In this document: one piece after another, positions 20,423-33,031 of the stretch | How the letters are laid out: each line of letters begins with the position of its first letter | Position numbering within the stretch: position 1 is the first letter of the stretch | DNA from: Candidatus Eiseniibacteriota bacterium | GTDB lineage: Bacteria; Eisenbacteria; RBG-16-71-46; CAZEPH01 | NCBI GenBank assembly: GCA_044229145.1 | Contig: JBGATO010000027.1 | Span: 1-50,937, forward strand | DNA length: 50,937 bases | Direction: 5' to 3' | Position numbers and translations under genes: made by a program | Notes under the pieces: generated by a model | Seen by the model: only the letters and a program-made list of their open reading frames with translations | What the model was told of the DNA's origin: nothing | Databases searched by the model: none

Positions 20423-21826
20423 TCAGACCGCAAACCCCGCGGGTGCGGCGAGCACGCTCGCCTCGACATCGTAGGCGTGCGCCTTGGTGACCAGGGCGCG
20501 CACGAACTGGCCCGGCGCCAGTCCATCGCCCGTGAGCTTGACGTGGCCGTCGATCTCGAGCGCATCGGCGGCGGTGCGTCCGATGGCCTTGTGGCGCCCG
20601 GTGACGTCATCCACCAGCACATCGATCGCTTGGCCGACCAGCGCGCGGTTGCGCGCGGCGGAAATCTCCTGCTGCACCGCCATGATGCGAGCGCGGCGGG
20701 CCTTCTTGGTGCGCTCCGAGACCTGCTCGTCGTACTCGGCGGCCGGCGTCCCCGGTTCGCGCGAATACGTGAAGCAGCCGAGCCGCTCGAAGCGGAATTC
20801 CTGCAGGAACGCCACCATGTCGTCGACATCCTCGGTGCGTTCTCCGGGGAAACCGACGATGAGCGTGGTGCGCAGCGCGACCTGCGGCAAGCGTTCGCGC
20901 AGCAGCGCGAGACGGCGGCGCAGTCCGGCGCCGGTGGTGGCGCGGCGCATCAGACGCAGCATGCGATCCGAGGTGTGCTGGATCGGAATGTCGATGTACG
21001 GCACCCGGTCGCCGAGCGCGGCCACCGCGTCGATCAGCGGATCGCTCCACAGTGCCGGATGCGTGTAGAGCAGACGGATCCAGCGAAGGGACTCGAGCGG
21101 CGCCATTTCGTGCAACAGCTCGGGCAGCAACTGGCGCCCCATGTCGCGCCCGTAGTTCGTGGTGTCCTGTGCGATCAGCGAGATCTCGCGCACGCCTTCG
21201 TCGGCGAGACGCCGCGCCTCGGCCATGACGTCCGCCACCGGCAACGAGCGCTGGCGCCCGCGCAGTGTCGGGATGATGCAATACGTACAGGTGTGATTGC
21301 AGCCTTCGCTGATCTTGAGATAGGCGGTGTGGCGCGGCGTGCTGAGCGCGCGCGGCGTCGCGGTCATGGGCTCGGTGAAGCCGCCGAGCAGCGTCGGGCG
21401 TTCGCCATCGCCTTCGACATCGCGGTCGAGCGCGCCGTGGCAGATGTCGCTGATGCGATCGACGTGCGCGGTGCCGAGCATGCCGTCGATCTCCGGCATC
21501 TCGGACAGCAGTTCGTGTCCGTAGCGTTCGGCGGCGCAGCCCGCCACCACGATGCGGCCGACACGCCCTGCGTCCTTCAGCTTCCCGACTTCGATGATTT
21601 GGTCGATCGACTCCTTCACCGAGGCTTCGAGGAACGCGCAGGTGTTGATGACGACGACATCGGCGCCATCGAGGTCGCCGGTGGTCTGGAAGCCGTCGCG
21701 GGTCAGGACGGCGGCCATGCTCTCCGAGTCCACGAGGTTCTTCGGGCAGCCGAGGGTGACGATGCCGACGCGCGGCGGCGCCGCGGACGGCGCGGGCGTG
21801 TCGGGTCGCGGGGTTGCCTTGGCCAG
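20423..21826 (-). CDS. rimO: Ribosomal protein S12 methylthiotransferase (start probably CTG at 21826)
   Basis: Motifs TLGCPKNLVDSE, NTCAF and radical-SAM EGCNHTCTYC; C-terminal TRAM domain with DALEIDG. Confidence 0.94.
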   Translation of the reverse strand: MAKATPRPDTPAPSAAPPRVGIVTLGCPKNLVDSESMAAVLTRDGFQTTGDLDGADVVVINTCAFLEASVKESIDQIIEVGKLKDAGRVGRIVVAGCAAERYGHELLSEMPEIDGMLGTAHVDRISDICHGALDRDVEGDGERPTLLGGFTEPMTATPRALSTPRHTAYLKISEGCNHTCTYCIIPTLRGRQRSLPVADVMAEARRLADEGVREISLIAQDTTNYGRDMGRQLLPELLHEMAPLESLRWIRLLYTHPALWSDPLIDAVAALGDRVPYIDIPIQHTSDRMLRLMRRATTGAGLRRRLALLRERLPQVALRTTLIVGFPGERTEDVDDMVAFLQEFRFERLGCFTYSREPGTPAAEYDEQVSERTKKARRARIMAVQQEISAARNRALVGQAIDVLVDDVTGRHKAIGRTAADALEIDGHVKLTGDGLAPGQFVRALVTKAHAYDVEASVLAAPAGFAV

Positions 21827-21910
21827 AAGACCTCCGAACGGGACGCATGGGTGGCACGGGAGGCGAACCGCCGGGAGGCATCGTCCGGGCGGTGCGCGAA
21901 ACCGGCGGAA

Positions 21911-21939
21911 ACTGTACGCGCGCCGGGCGTGGCAGGCAA
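21911..21939 (-). promoter_or_regulatory. Putative sigma70 promoter for rimO
   Basis: TTGCCT-N17-TACAGT in the ftsK-rimO gap. Confidence 0.5.
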
Positions 21940-22011
21940 GCGCCGCGGCGCGCTCTCGAGGCTGTACCGCCGTGCCCCGGCGCGAGTTCCGCGCCCGGGA
22001 CGGCCGCGCCG

Positions 22012-24456
22012 CTAGTCGTCCTCGTCCAGGGCATGGACTGCCGCCCGGCGGCCCTCCCATTCGTCGAGGTCCATGAGCACCTCGCGCGGCTTGCTGCCAT
22101 CGCCCGGGCCCACCACGCCGAACTCCTCGAGCAGATCCATGAGGCGCCCGGCACGGCTGTAGCCGACCTTGAGGCGCCGCTGGAGGAACGACGTCGACCC
22201 AAGACGGTGCGTCAGCACCAGGCGCGCCGCCTCATCGAAGAGCTCGTCGTCCGCCTCGCCCGGGCCGCCTTCCCCGCCGGCCTGCGCGCTGCGCAGCGCC
22301 GCATCGAGGTCGATGGTCGGCGGCGCGGCGACGTTCTCGCGCAGCCACGACACCACCGCGTCGGTTTCTTCCTCGGAGATGAAGGCGCCGTGGACGCGCA
22401 GCGGGTCGCCGCGGCCGCTCTGGAGGAACAGCATGTCGCCGCGGCCGAGCAGGGCTTCGGCGCCGTTCACGTCGAGAATGGTGCGCGAGTCCACCTTGCT
22501 CGCCACCTGGAAGGCGATCCGCGACGGGAAGTTCGCCTTGATGACGCCGGTGATGACGTCCACCGACGGCCGCTGGGTCGCCAGGATCAGGTGGATGCCG
22601 ACGGCGCGCGCCATCTGCGCGAGGCGCGCGATCGAGTCCTCGACGTCGCGGCCGCTGACAAGCATGAGGTCCGCGAGTTCGTCCACCACCACGACGATGT
22701 ATGGCAGCGGCAGTTGCTCTTCGTCCTTGCGCAGCGAGGTGTTGTAGCTGTCGATGTTGCGCGCGCCGCGCGCCGCCAAGAGCCGGTAGCGGTCTTCCAT
22801 CTCCTGCACCAGCCACATGAGCGCCTTGGGCGCTTCCTTCTTGATCTCGGTGACCACCGGCATGAGCAGGTGCGGCACGCCCTGATACGCCGACAGCTCG
22901 AGCATCTTCGGGTCGACGAGCACCAGGCGCAGTTCGCTCGGGCGGCGGCGGAGCAAGAGGCCGGCGAGGATGGTGTTGATGCAGGTGCTCTTCCCCGCGC
23001 CGGTGGCACCGGCCACCAGCAGGTGCGGCATCTTCGCGAGATCCGCGGTCACCGGATGGCCGCTGGTGTTGAGGCCGAGCGGCAGCGGCAGCGCGGCCTT
23101 GCTGCCGAGGAATTCGGACGATTCGACGATGTCGCCGAGACGGACCATCTGCGGTGTGCGGTTCGGCACTTCGACGCCGACCGCACCGCGGCCGGGGATC
23201 GGCGCGAAGATGCGGACGCGGCCAACCCGCATCGCGAGCGCGATGTCGTCGGCGCGGCCGACGAAGCTCGACACGCGCACGCCGGGCGCCGGTTCGATCT
23301 CGTAGGTCGTGATGACCGGGCCTGGCTCCCAGCCTTGCACCTTGCCCTCGACGCCGAAGTCGCGCAGTCGTTGCTCGAGCATCTGCCCGTTACGCGCGAG
23401 TTCGTCCTGGTCGACCTTGATTTCCTCGTTGGGACTCCGCAACAGCAATGTCGTGGGCGGCATGTCCTCGGGGCCGGTGGACTTCTGCGCGCGCACCGGC
23501 ATCGCGTGATCGGCGAAGGTGGTTTGCGTCGCGGCGGCGGGCTTGCCACGGCCGCGCGACGGCGCGGGACGCGGCGCCTCTTCCTCCTCGTCTTCGTCTT
23601 CGTATTCTTCTTCGTCGAGCTCTTCGTCCTCCTCGAGCTCGTCGTCTTCGTCGACGTCTTCCTCTTCGTCAGCCTCGGCGTCGCGCGCGCCATCGACGAC
23701 GATGACGCCGGTCCGTGCGGCGGCCTTGGCGGCCCGCGTGGATTCGCGTTCGGCGCGCTTGGCTTCCTTCTCGGCCTTCGCGGCGGCCTTGGCCTCCGCG
23801 GCCTTCCGTTCGGCGCGTTCCTCGCGCCAGGTCTGGAACGACTCCCACGCGGCGGCAAGCGCGGTGCCGCTCATGCCGAGCGCGTACAGGCCGCCGGTCT
23901 TCGCACCGCGCGACGCTGCCACCACCGGACGCGGCCAGCTGATCTCGACCGCGAGGACGAGCAGGATCACCGCCAGCGTCCAGACGCCGATGTGCGCGCC
24001 GAGCGGCCCGACGCTGTCGAGCAGCGCTTGGGCGAAGGCGCCGCCCAGCGCGCCGCCCCACATGTGCGCCGGCGGGACAATGCTCCGCGCGATGCCATCC
24101 ACCGCGAGCGGATCCACGGGTGGCGAGACCACGCGCCCAAACAAGCCGAGGCCGGTGGAGATCACGAGCGCTGCGGAGACCAGAACGAGCGAACGGATCG
24201 CCATCAACACCAGCGGCGATTCGCGGAGGCGGTTCACCGCCCACGCGGCGAGCAGCAGCGGGAGGATCCACGCGGCCGTGGGTCCGAGGACGGCGCGCAG
24301 GCCGTCGTGCAGGCCATCGCCCAGCGGTCCGGTGGCGTGCCACCTCCCGGGCAACGCGAGGCTGGCGGCGGAGTACAGCGCGAGCGCGCCGAGGACGACG
24401 CCGAGCATGCGATTGGTGGCGCGAGGTGTCAGTGGCGAAGCCATGCCCAAACCCAC
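22012..24456 (-). CDS. ftsK: DNA translocase FtsK/SpoIIIE
   Basis: N-terminal TM region; PHLLVAGATGAGKS, VDELADLM and ATQRPSVDVITG; gamma domain LQRRLKVGYSRAGR. The start may be 24444. Confidence 0.96.
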   Translation of the reverse strand: MGLGMASPLTPRATNRMLGVVLGALALYSAASLALPGRWHATGPLGDGLHDGLRAVLGPTAAWILPLLLAAWAVNRLRESPLVLMAIRSLVLVSAALVISTGLGLFGRVVSPPVDPLAVDGIARSIVPPAHMWGGALGGAFAQALLDSVGPLGAHIGVWTLAVILLVLAVEISWPRPVVAASRGAKTGGLYALGMSGTALAAAWESFQTWREERAERKAAEAKAAAKAEKEAKRAERESTRAAKAAARTGVIVVDGARDAEADEEEDVDEDDELEEDEELDEEEYEDEDEEEEAPRPAPSRGRGKPAAATQTTFADHAMPVRAQKSTGPEDMPPTTLLLRSPNEEIKVDQDELARNGQMLEQRLRDFGVEGKVQGWEPGPVITTYEIEPAPGVRVSSFVGRADDIALAMRVGRVRIFAPIPGRGAVGVEVPNRTPQMVRLGDIVESSEFLGSKAALPLPLGLNTSGHPVTADLAKMPHLLVAGATGAGKSTCINTILAGLLLRRRPSELRLVLVDPKMLELSAYQGVPHLLMPVVTEIKKEAPKALMWLVQEMEDRYRLLAARGARNIDSYNTSLRKDEEQLPLPYIVVVVDELADLMLVSGRDVEDSIARLAQMARAVGIHLILATQRPSVDVITGVIKANFPSRIAFQVASKVDSRTILDVNGAEALLGRGDMLFLQSGRGDPLRVHGAFISEEETDAVVSWLRENVAAPPTIDLDAALRSAQAGGEGGPGEADDELFDEAARLVLTHRLGSTSFLQRRLKVGYSRAGRLMDLLEEFGVVGPGDGSKPREVLMDLDEWEGRRAAVHALDEDD

Positions 24457-24577
24457 TCGATACGACTGCGGGGATGGCGCGCGGCGGACTCCGTGCCCGG
24501 CGCGCGCGTTCGCCGGAGAGTACCGCCTCCCGGCCCGCGCGAAAACGAAAACCTGCGCCCCCGCCGCCGCGGACGAC

Positions 24578-24608
24578 GAAGGGAGGACACCCTGGCGGGT
24601 GCCCTCCC
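24578..24608 (-). terminator. Intrinsic terminator-like hairpin after ahcY
   Basis: GGGAGGGCACCC-GCCA-GGGTGTCCTCCC (12-bp stem) followed by TTC. Confidence 0.6.
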
Positions 24609-24637
24609 GTGTGCCGTGCCGCGTGGTGGAGCGGGAA

Positions 24638-27104
<2,467 letters not shown>

Positions 27105-27193
27105 TCGTCCTCCTTCACGTCCTGCTGAGAAAACCGTCCCGCCTTCGTCCGCTGGCTAGCGGGGGGCGATCCGGGGTACGGCAATGCACCGCC

Positions 27194-29023
27194 TCACGCA
27201 AACATCTCCGGGAAGATGTCCGCGAGCCGGGCGGTGACGAACTGGCGGATGTCCTCGGCGGTGTCGCATTCCAGCGCGCGTCCGGCGAGGTCCTCGCTCT
27301 CCGCGTAGGACAGCGCGCGGATCAGCGCCTTGACCTGCGGAATCGCGGCCGGCGACGTCGAGATCTCGTCGACCCCGATGCCGACCAGCAGCGCGAGCGC
27401 GACCGGGTCGGCGGCCATGTCGCCGCACACGCCCACCCAGATACCGCGCCGGCGCGCCGCCTCCACCGTGAGGCGGATCCCGCGCAGCACGGCTGGATGC
27501 AAGGGATCGAACAAGTGTGCAACGTGTTCGTTCACCCGGTCCACTGCAAGTGTGTATTGGGTCAGGTCGTTGGACCCGATCGAGAAGAAGTCGCTGATGC
27601 TCGCCAGCTGTGCCGCGATGAGCATGGCCGCCGGCGTCTCGATCATCACCCCGACCTCGAGTCCGAGGTCGATCTCGTGCCCCGCTTCGACCAGCGCGCG
27701 GGCTTCCTCGCGCAGAATGCCGCGCGCCCACCGCACTTCTTCCACCCGCGTGATGAGTGGGAACATGACCTTGACGTTGCGGTACCGGCTGGCCCGCAGG
27801 ATGGCGCGGATCTGCGTGCGGAACAGCGGCTCCTGCTCCTGGCAGAGCCGGATGCCGCGGACGCCGAGCACCGGGTTCTTCTGCCGCGTGTGCTCGAGGT
27901 GTCCGACGCCCTTGTCGCCGCCGACGTCGAGCGTGCGGATGATCACCGGGCGCGGCGCCAAGTGCCGCGCCACCGTCTCGTACGCCGCGACCTGCTCCTC
28001 CTCGGTCGGCAGCGTCGAGCGCCCGAGGAACAAGTATTCGGTGCGATAGAGTCCCACGCCTTCGCCACCGCGCTCCAGCACCTGCTGGACCTCCGCCGGC
28101 GCGGACACGTTGCCCGAGAGTCCCAGCCCGTGGCCGTCGCGGGTGACCGCCGGCTCCTCGCGGCGCTGCTCCAGACTGCGCTGGAACGACGCGAATTGCG
28201 CCTGCTTCTTCGTGTAATACTTGATCTGCGCGGGGCTCGGATCGAGCAGCACTTCGCCGCGCGATCCGTCGACGATGGCGAACTGGCCCTCGTACGCATG
28301 GCGCAGGGCGCCGCGCAGCGCGACCACGGCCGGGATCCCGCGTTCTTGCGCGAGCAGCGCGGTGTGGGCGGTGCGGCCGCCGGCGTCGGTGGCGACGCCG
28401 CACACGGGAGCGCGCACCAAGGCCGCCGCGTCGCTCGGCGCGATGTCCCTGGCCACCAGGATGACGTCGCCATCCGGCAGGCTGGCGAGCAGATCGCCGT
28501 CGGCCGCGCCGGCCAGATGCCGCAGCACGCGGCGTTCGACGTCGAGGATGTCGGCGAGGCGTTCGCGGAGATACTCGATGTCCGACTGCGCGAACTTCGC
28601 CGCTTCCTCATTGACCAGGCGGTGGAAGACCGCGCTGACGCTGCGCCGTTCCGCCCGCACCGCCGCTTCGGTGGCTGGGAACAACACCGGATCGTCGAGC
28701 ACAGCGAGGTGCGCGTCGAAGATCTTGGCGTGGGTCTCCCCCATCTCGGCGGCCAGCGACTGGCGGAGCACGCGGAGGTCTTCGCGGGTGCGCTCGATGG
28801 CCCGGTGGAAGCGGCGCAATTCTTCGTCGAGCTGCTCGGGGGCGAGGTCGAAATCCTCGACGTCGGGATCTTCGGACGCTACGAGATGAACGCGGCCCAG
28901 GGCGATGCCGGGTGACGCAGCGATGCCGCGGAAGAAGAGCTCGGGCGATGCGGGCGCGCCGGCCTCGCCGCGCGGATCGGCGGCGAAGGAACGCCCGTCG
29001 GAATCGGCCCTACGATTCTCCAA
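27194..29023 (-). CDS. ptsI: PEP-protein phosphotransferase (PTS enzyme I)
   Basis: Motifs GIAASPGIA, GGRTAH (phospho-His), GLYRTE, RTLDVGGDK, MIETP, SIGSNDLTQY and CGDMA. Confidence 0.96.
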   Translation of the reverse strand: MENRRADSDGRSFAADPRGEAGAPASPELFFRGIAASPGIALGRVHLVASEDPDVEDFDLAPEQLDEELRRFHRAIERTREDLRVLRQSLAAEMGETHAKIFDAHLAVLDDPVLFPATEAAVRAERRSVSAVFHRLVNEEAAKFAQSDIEYLRERLADILDVERRVLRHLAGAADGDLLASLPDGDVILVARDIAPSDAAALVRAPVCGVATDAGGRTAHTALLAQERGIPAVVALRGALRHAYEGQFAIVDGSRGEVLLDPSPAQIKYYTKKQAQFASFQRSLEQRREEPAVTRDGHGLGLSGNVSAPAEVQQVLERGGEGVGLYRTEYLFLGRSTLPTEEEQVAAYETVARHLAPRPVIIRTLDVGGDKGVGHLEHTRQKNPVLGVRGIRLCQEQEPLFRTQIRAILRASRYRNVKVMFPLITRVEEVRWARGILREEARALVEAGHEIDLGLEVGVMIETPAAMLIAAQLASISDFFSIGSNDLTQYTLAVDRVNEHVAHLFDPLHPAVLRGIRLTVEAARRRGIWVGVCGDMAADPVALALLVGIGVDEISTSPAAIPQVKALIRALSYAESEDLAGRALECDTAEDIRQFVTARLADIFPEMFA

Positions 29024-29297
29024 ATCCGCTCTCCACCAATGCCGCCAGCGCGCCGAGCGCTTCCTCCGCGTCGGCTCCCTCGGTGCGAATCACCAGTTCC
29101 GATCCGGCTTCCGCCTGCAACAGCAGCACGCCCAGGATGGACTTGCCGTTGGCCTCGAACGGCGACGCGCCGTCATGGTCCACGGCCTTCGCGACGAATA
29201 CCTCGGCGGCGAATTTCGAGGCGGTGGTGACGAACTGCGTCGCCGGCCGGGCGTGCAGTCCGTGTTCGTTGCAAATCCGTACGGTGCGTATCGGCAT
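29010..29297 (-). CDS. ptsH: Phosphocarrier protein HPr
   Basis: GLHARPA (His15 site) and NGKSILG (Ser46 site). Confidence 0.95.
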   Translation of the reverse strand: MPIRTVRICNEHGLHARPATQFVTTASKFAAEVFVAKAVDHDGASPFEANGKSILGVLLLQAEAGSELVIRTEGADAEEALGALAALVESGFGES

Positions 29298-29423
29298 TGC
29301 CCGTCCTAGGCCCAGGGATCGATGGGGGTGTGACACGACGGTCCCGCGGCCGGCCCGGACAGCGCACCCGCGGCAGCGCGTGGCTCCACGACCGGCGGGC
29401 CGCGGCGCTCGAGGCGGCGGATC

Positions 29424-30188
29424 TCACACACCGCGCGGTCCCCCGAGCAACGCGACGAGCAATCCGAGGGCACATCCCACAAGGCCCAACTGCGTGGGAG
29501 ACAAGCGTCGCCGCGCGAACAGTAAACCGGAAAGGACGGCGAAAATCAACCAGATCGCCCCGGTGACGTGCACCGTCCCCGCCGGCCGCACCGCCTGTGT
29601 CGCCGCCAACCCGGCGAGCAGACCGCAGGCCGCGGCGCAGACGTCCGCGGCGCGCTGGCTGAGCCGTCCGAAGCGCGTGCCGGTGATGTCGCGGATGGAC
29701 GATGGCCCGAGCGCAGCGCCCTGGCGCATGCCGCGCACACGCAGCCAGAGATGCGGCACGTTGTATCCGGCGAGCATGACGAGGACGCCCGCCAGCGGCC
29801 AGCGCAGCGCCACCGCCAACCCCAGCGCGGTCGCGGCAGGCCGCACCGTGCCCCAGAGAAAGCGGTCGCCGAGTGCCGCCACCGGCCCGCCGACCGAGGC
29901 CTTGAATCCGCGCGCGATCTCCACCGGCGTGCGTCCGGCCGCGACCTCGGCCTCGAGACGCGCCGCCGCGCCGAGCACATAGGTGCACATCACCGGGTTG
30001 GTATTGAAGTAGTCCATATGGCGGCGCGTCGCCTCGGCGAGATCGCGGCGGTCCGGCCACACGCGGCGGAGCACCGGCAGCATCGCCACCGCAAACCCGG
30101 CGCCTTGGAAACGTTCGTACGTGAAGGACGCCTGCAGGGCGAGAGCCCGCACGCTGACGGACCACAAGGGCAGCCGCGGCTCAGCCAC
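29424..30188 (-). CDS. PTS mannose/fructose/sorbose family IID component
   Basis: Motifs LQASFTYERFQG.GF, RH..YFNTNP and GPVAALGDRFLW. Confidence 0.9.
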   Translation of the reverse strand: MAEPRLPLWSVSVRALALQASFTYERFQGAGFAVAMLPVLRRVWPDRRDLAEATRRHMDYFNTNPVMCTYVLGAAARLEAEVAAGRTPVEIARGFKASVGGPVAALGDRFLWGTVRPAATALGLAVALRWPLAGVLVMLAGYNVPHLWLRVRGMRQGAALGPSSIRDITGTRFGRLSQRAADVCAAACGLLAGLAATQAVRPAGTVHVTGAIWLIFAVLSGLLFARRRLSPTQLGLVGCALGLLVALLGGPRGV

Positions 30189-30891
30189 GCCAGGCGACCC
30201 CGGCGCCGATGACGACGCCCGCCACCGCCCACCACGCCGCGCGGCGGGCCCGCAGCACGGCGGCGGCCACCATCACGCCCACACCCGCCGGCAGGATCCA
30301 CGCAGTGGCGGCGGCGGCCAGCGACGCGGCTGTCTCGCCTGTGGCGCGGCTCAGCGCTAGGCCGAGACCCCAGCCCGCGACTGCCAGCACGAGCGCAACC
30401 GCGGCGCCGCGTGCAGCCGCGAGACCGAGCGCCGCCACGTGTGCGCGCTCGACCGCGGCCACATCGCCCTGCACCACCTGCGCCTCCGCGGCACGCACCA
30501 GGCCGTGGTTGGCTCGCCGGCCCCACATCACGGTGTGGGCCCCGGCGACGCCGCCGGCGAACGCGACCGCCATGCCGACCGGCACGGCCCACGGCGCGGT
30601 CGTCGGGTCCGCAAGCAACAGCGCCGCTGCGGCGACCGCGCCGACGGTGGCCGGACCGCTGTCCGGAATGAGGGAGCCGCCGAGCGGCAGCAGAGAGGTC
30701 CACAGCGCCTGCAGCGCGATGCCGATGGGGGCCGCGGCCGCACCGCAGCGCAACACGAGGCCGGTGAGGACCGCCGCCGGGAGCGGCTGCGACACCAGCG
30801 TCTGGGCGAGTGGTGCCGCGTCGAGTGCGAGCAGCGCGCCGCCCGCCGCAGCGACGCCGAGGATGGCGCCTGGCGACAGGCCCTCGGTCAC
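30181..30891 (-). CDS. PTS mannose/fructose/sorbose family IIC component
   Basis: GTG 30891. Motifs LD...AQTLVSQPL and LPLGGSLIPD; hydrophobic; lies directly before IID. Confidence 0.85.
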   Translation of the reverse strand: MTEGLSPGAILGVAAAGGALLALDAAPLAQTLVSQPLPAAVLTGLVLRCGAAAAPIGIALQALWTSLLPLGGSLIPDSGPATVGAVAAAALLLADPTTAPWAVPVGMAVAFAGGVAGAHTVMWGRRANHGLVRAAEAQVVQGDVAAVERAHVAALGLAAARGAAVALVLAVAGWGLGLALSRATGETAASLAAAATAWILPAGVGVMVAAAVLRARRAAWWAVAGVVIGAGVAWRG

Positions 30892-33017
30892 CGGCGCGCG
30901 GCCTCCGGCGACGTCCCCGCGGCCACGACGGCCTGCGGACACGCGTGCACCGTGATGGTCACCGACTGCCCCGCCACCCGCGGCGCACGCCACGCCGGGG
31001 TCACGCAGACGCCCTGGAGCACCCGCTCGAATCCGTCCTCCGACAGACTCACGGTTTCGACCGGATACAGCGCGCACGCATCGGCGCGATCCCATCGCAA
31101 CGCGCACACGCCGCCCCGCACGTCGTCGACGATGTCGAGACCGACGCACTCCTCGAGGACATGGCGCACCGCGGCATCGCCGAGCGGCCGCCGCGTGCCG
31201 TCCGCCAGGATCGCCGTGCACGGGCTGGTGTCGCGGAACAGCGAGAGCGACATCTCGACGGCGCACACCTGGGCGTCATCGAGCGCCTCGCTGTGGCCGA
31301 AGGCGTAGCGTGCCTCGAGCGCGCCCTCGCGGGTCACCCGCACTTCCTTACGGACCGGCCACGCGGCGGCGCCGAGAACGAGCTCGACGCGCGCGCTGGC
31401 CGCCGCCGCCGTCGCCTCAACGGCGAGCGGCTCGCGGACGTGTGCCAACGCGACGCGCGCGTGCGCCGCTTCGAGCGTCTCCGCATCCAGCGCGGCGACG
31501 AGCCGCTCGACGAACAGCCCGCGGCTCTCGGCGTCGTAGGTGAGCAGACGTTCGAGGCCTTCTTCCTTCGTGGTGTAGCTGCCGTGGATGGTGCGGACTT
31601 CGCCGTCGGTCACCCGCAGCACGGCCTCGTGCACCTTGGAGTGATACAGTTCGGGGCGGCGGGCCACTACGTCGGCGAGATTCGCGTGGAGCGACGCGAC
31701 CTCGAACGCATGCACCCGGCCGAAGCGGTCGGCGTGAACCAGTGTACCGCCGCCACGCAGTTCGGCGTCGAGATGGCCGTCGCAGTCCACGTCGGCGAGC
31801 GCAGCGTGCGGCGCGCCGTCCGGTGCCGCGAGGCCCTCCAGGATTGCGTCGGCTTCGAGGGCGTGCGTCGCCGCGGCGCCACGCAAATGCGGCAGGTACA
31901 GCCCGCCGAACACGCCGTGCCAGTACGGGCAATTGCACTCGGCTTGCCACAGTTCGTCGAGCGCGCGTTCGAGCGTCACCGCGTTCTCCGCGGTACGCGG
32001 CACAGCCTCCCACCGGCGACGAATCTGCTGCACGCGCTTGTGCAACCGGTTCGACTCGGGATAGCGGGCGAAGAACATCCGCCAGAAACCGCCGGCGAGC
32101 AGCGACTCGTTGCCCGCGAGTTCGCCGCGTTCTTCGAGACGATGGTGGAGTTCTTCGAGCTTCGCCTGGGTGGGAACCGGCAGCGCCCACTCCATCATCT
32201 CCATGTACGACGCGGTCGGCAGGTACACCAGCCCGCGCGGCGTGGTGTCGGCCAGCACCTCGCCGAAGTGCGCGGTGTCGACGTCGCCGCGCGCCGCTTC
32301 GAGCAACGTGAAGAACTGTTCGAGCCAGCCGTCCTCGAAGACCGCCTTGTACGTGTTCGGCCAGACGCCGAACTTCTCGCCGTCGTCCGCGAGGACCAAC
32401 GTCGAGCCGCGCGGCACGTCGCGCAGATAGCCCACCGCGCCTTCCGGCGAATCGTACGGAATCTTGTAGCGCAGTTCCTTGTCGATCGGGAACACGTTGA
32501 GGCGAGCGCCCTGATCCTCGGTGAGGTAGTACGGACCAAGCACCGGATCGAGCAGGCCGGCGCGGCGGAAGTGCGTGTCGTCGACGGCGACGAACTCGAC
32601 GCCGGCCTCGGCGAACAACGACGGTAGCGATGGTTCCCACACGCGCTCGGCCAGCCAGGCGCCGCGCGCCGTCGCTCCGAGTTTCTCCTGCACGAATCCG
32701 GTGAGCTTGCGGATCTGGCCGATGGCATCGGCGCGCGGCACCGCGGGCAGGATCGGTTCGTAGTAGCCGCCGGTCAGCATCTCGACCTGGCCCCGCGCGA
32801 CCAGCGCCGCGACGCGCTCGACGTACTCCGGGCGCTCGGCCACGATCCAGTCCCACAGCGGTCCGGTGGTGTGCATGACGATCCGCACGCCCGGGTGCCG
32901 CTCGAGCGCGGCGAGGAACGGATCGTAGGATTTCGCGTACGCCTCTTCGATGACGTAGCCGAAGTTGCCCACCGGCTGGTGGTTGTGCACGCAGAAGACG
33001 AATCGCGTGGGCGACAC
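30888..33017 (-). CDS. GH57 alpha-amylase/4-alpha-glucanotransferase (DUF1925/DUF1926-type C-terminus)
   Basis: GTG 33017 after GGGGAGAG. Motifs HNHQPVGN, GGYYEPIL, WLAERVWEP (nucleophile), DDGEKFG (acid/base) and CNCPYWHGVFGGLYLPHLR. Confidence 0.92.
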   Translation of the reverse strand: MSPTRFVFCVHNHQPVGNFGYVIEEAYAKSYDPFLAALERHPGVRIVMHTTGPLWDWIVAERPEYVERVAALVARGQVEMLTGGYYEPILPAVPRADAIGQIRKLTGFVQEKLGATARGAWLAERVWEPSLPSLFAEAGVEFVAVDDTHFRRAGLLDPVLGPYYLTEDQGARLNVFPIDKELRYKIPYDSPEGAVGYLRDVPRGSTLVLADDGEKFGVWPNTYKAVFEDGWLEQFFTLLEAARGDVDTAHFGEVLADTTPRGLVYLPTASYMEMMEWALPVPTQAKLEELHHRLEERGELAGNESLLAGGFWRMFFARYPESNRLHKRVQQIRRRWEAVPRTAENAVTLERALDELWQAECNCPYWHGVFGGLYLPHLRGAAATHALEADAILEGLAAPDGAPHAALADVDCDGHLDAELRGGGTLVHADRFGRVHAFEVASLHANLADVVARRPELYHSKVHEAVLRVTDGEVRTIHGSYTTKEEGLERLLTYDAESRGLFVERLVAALDAETLEAAHARVALAHVREPLAVEATAAAASARVELVLGAAAWPVRKEVRVTREGALEARYAFGHSEALDDAQVCAVEMSLSLFRDTSPCTAILADGTRRPLGDAAVRHVLEECVGLDIVDDVRGGVCALRWDRADACALYPVETVSLSEDGFERVLQGVCVTPAWRAPRVAGQSVTITVHACPQAVVAAGTSPEAARR

Positions 33018-33031
33018 CCTCTCTCCCCTTG

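Noticed and set aside
23579..23670. TCG/TCT/TCC-rich stretch as a tandem repeat array or CRISPR
   Set aside because: It is the reverse complement of Asp/Glu codons in ftsK and has no repeat-spacer structure.
27105..27193. SAM or SAH riboswitch upstream of metK-ahcY
   Set aside because: The gaps are short (89 nt and 31 nt) and lack recognisable aptamer motifs.
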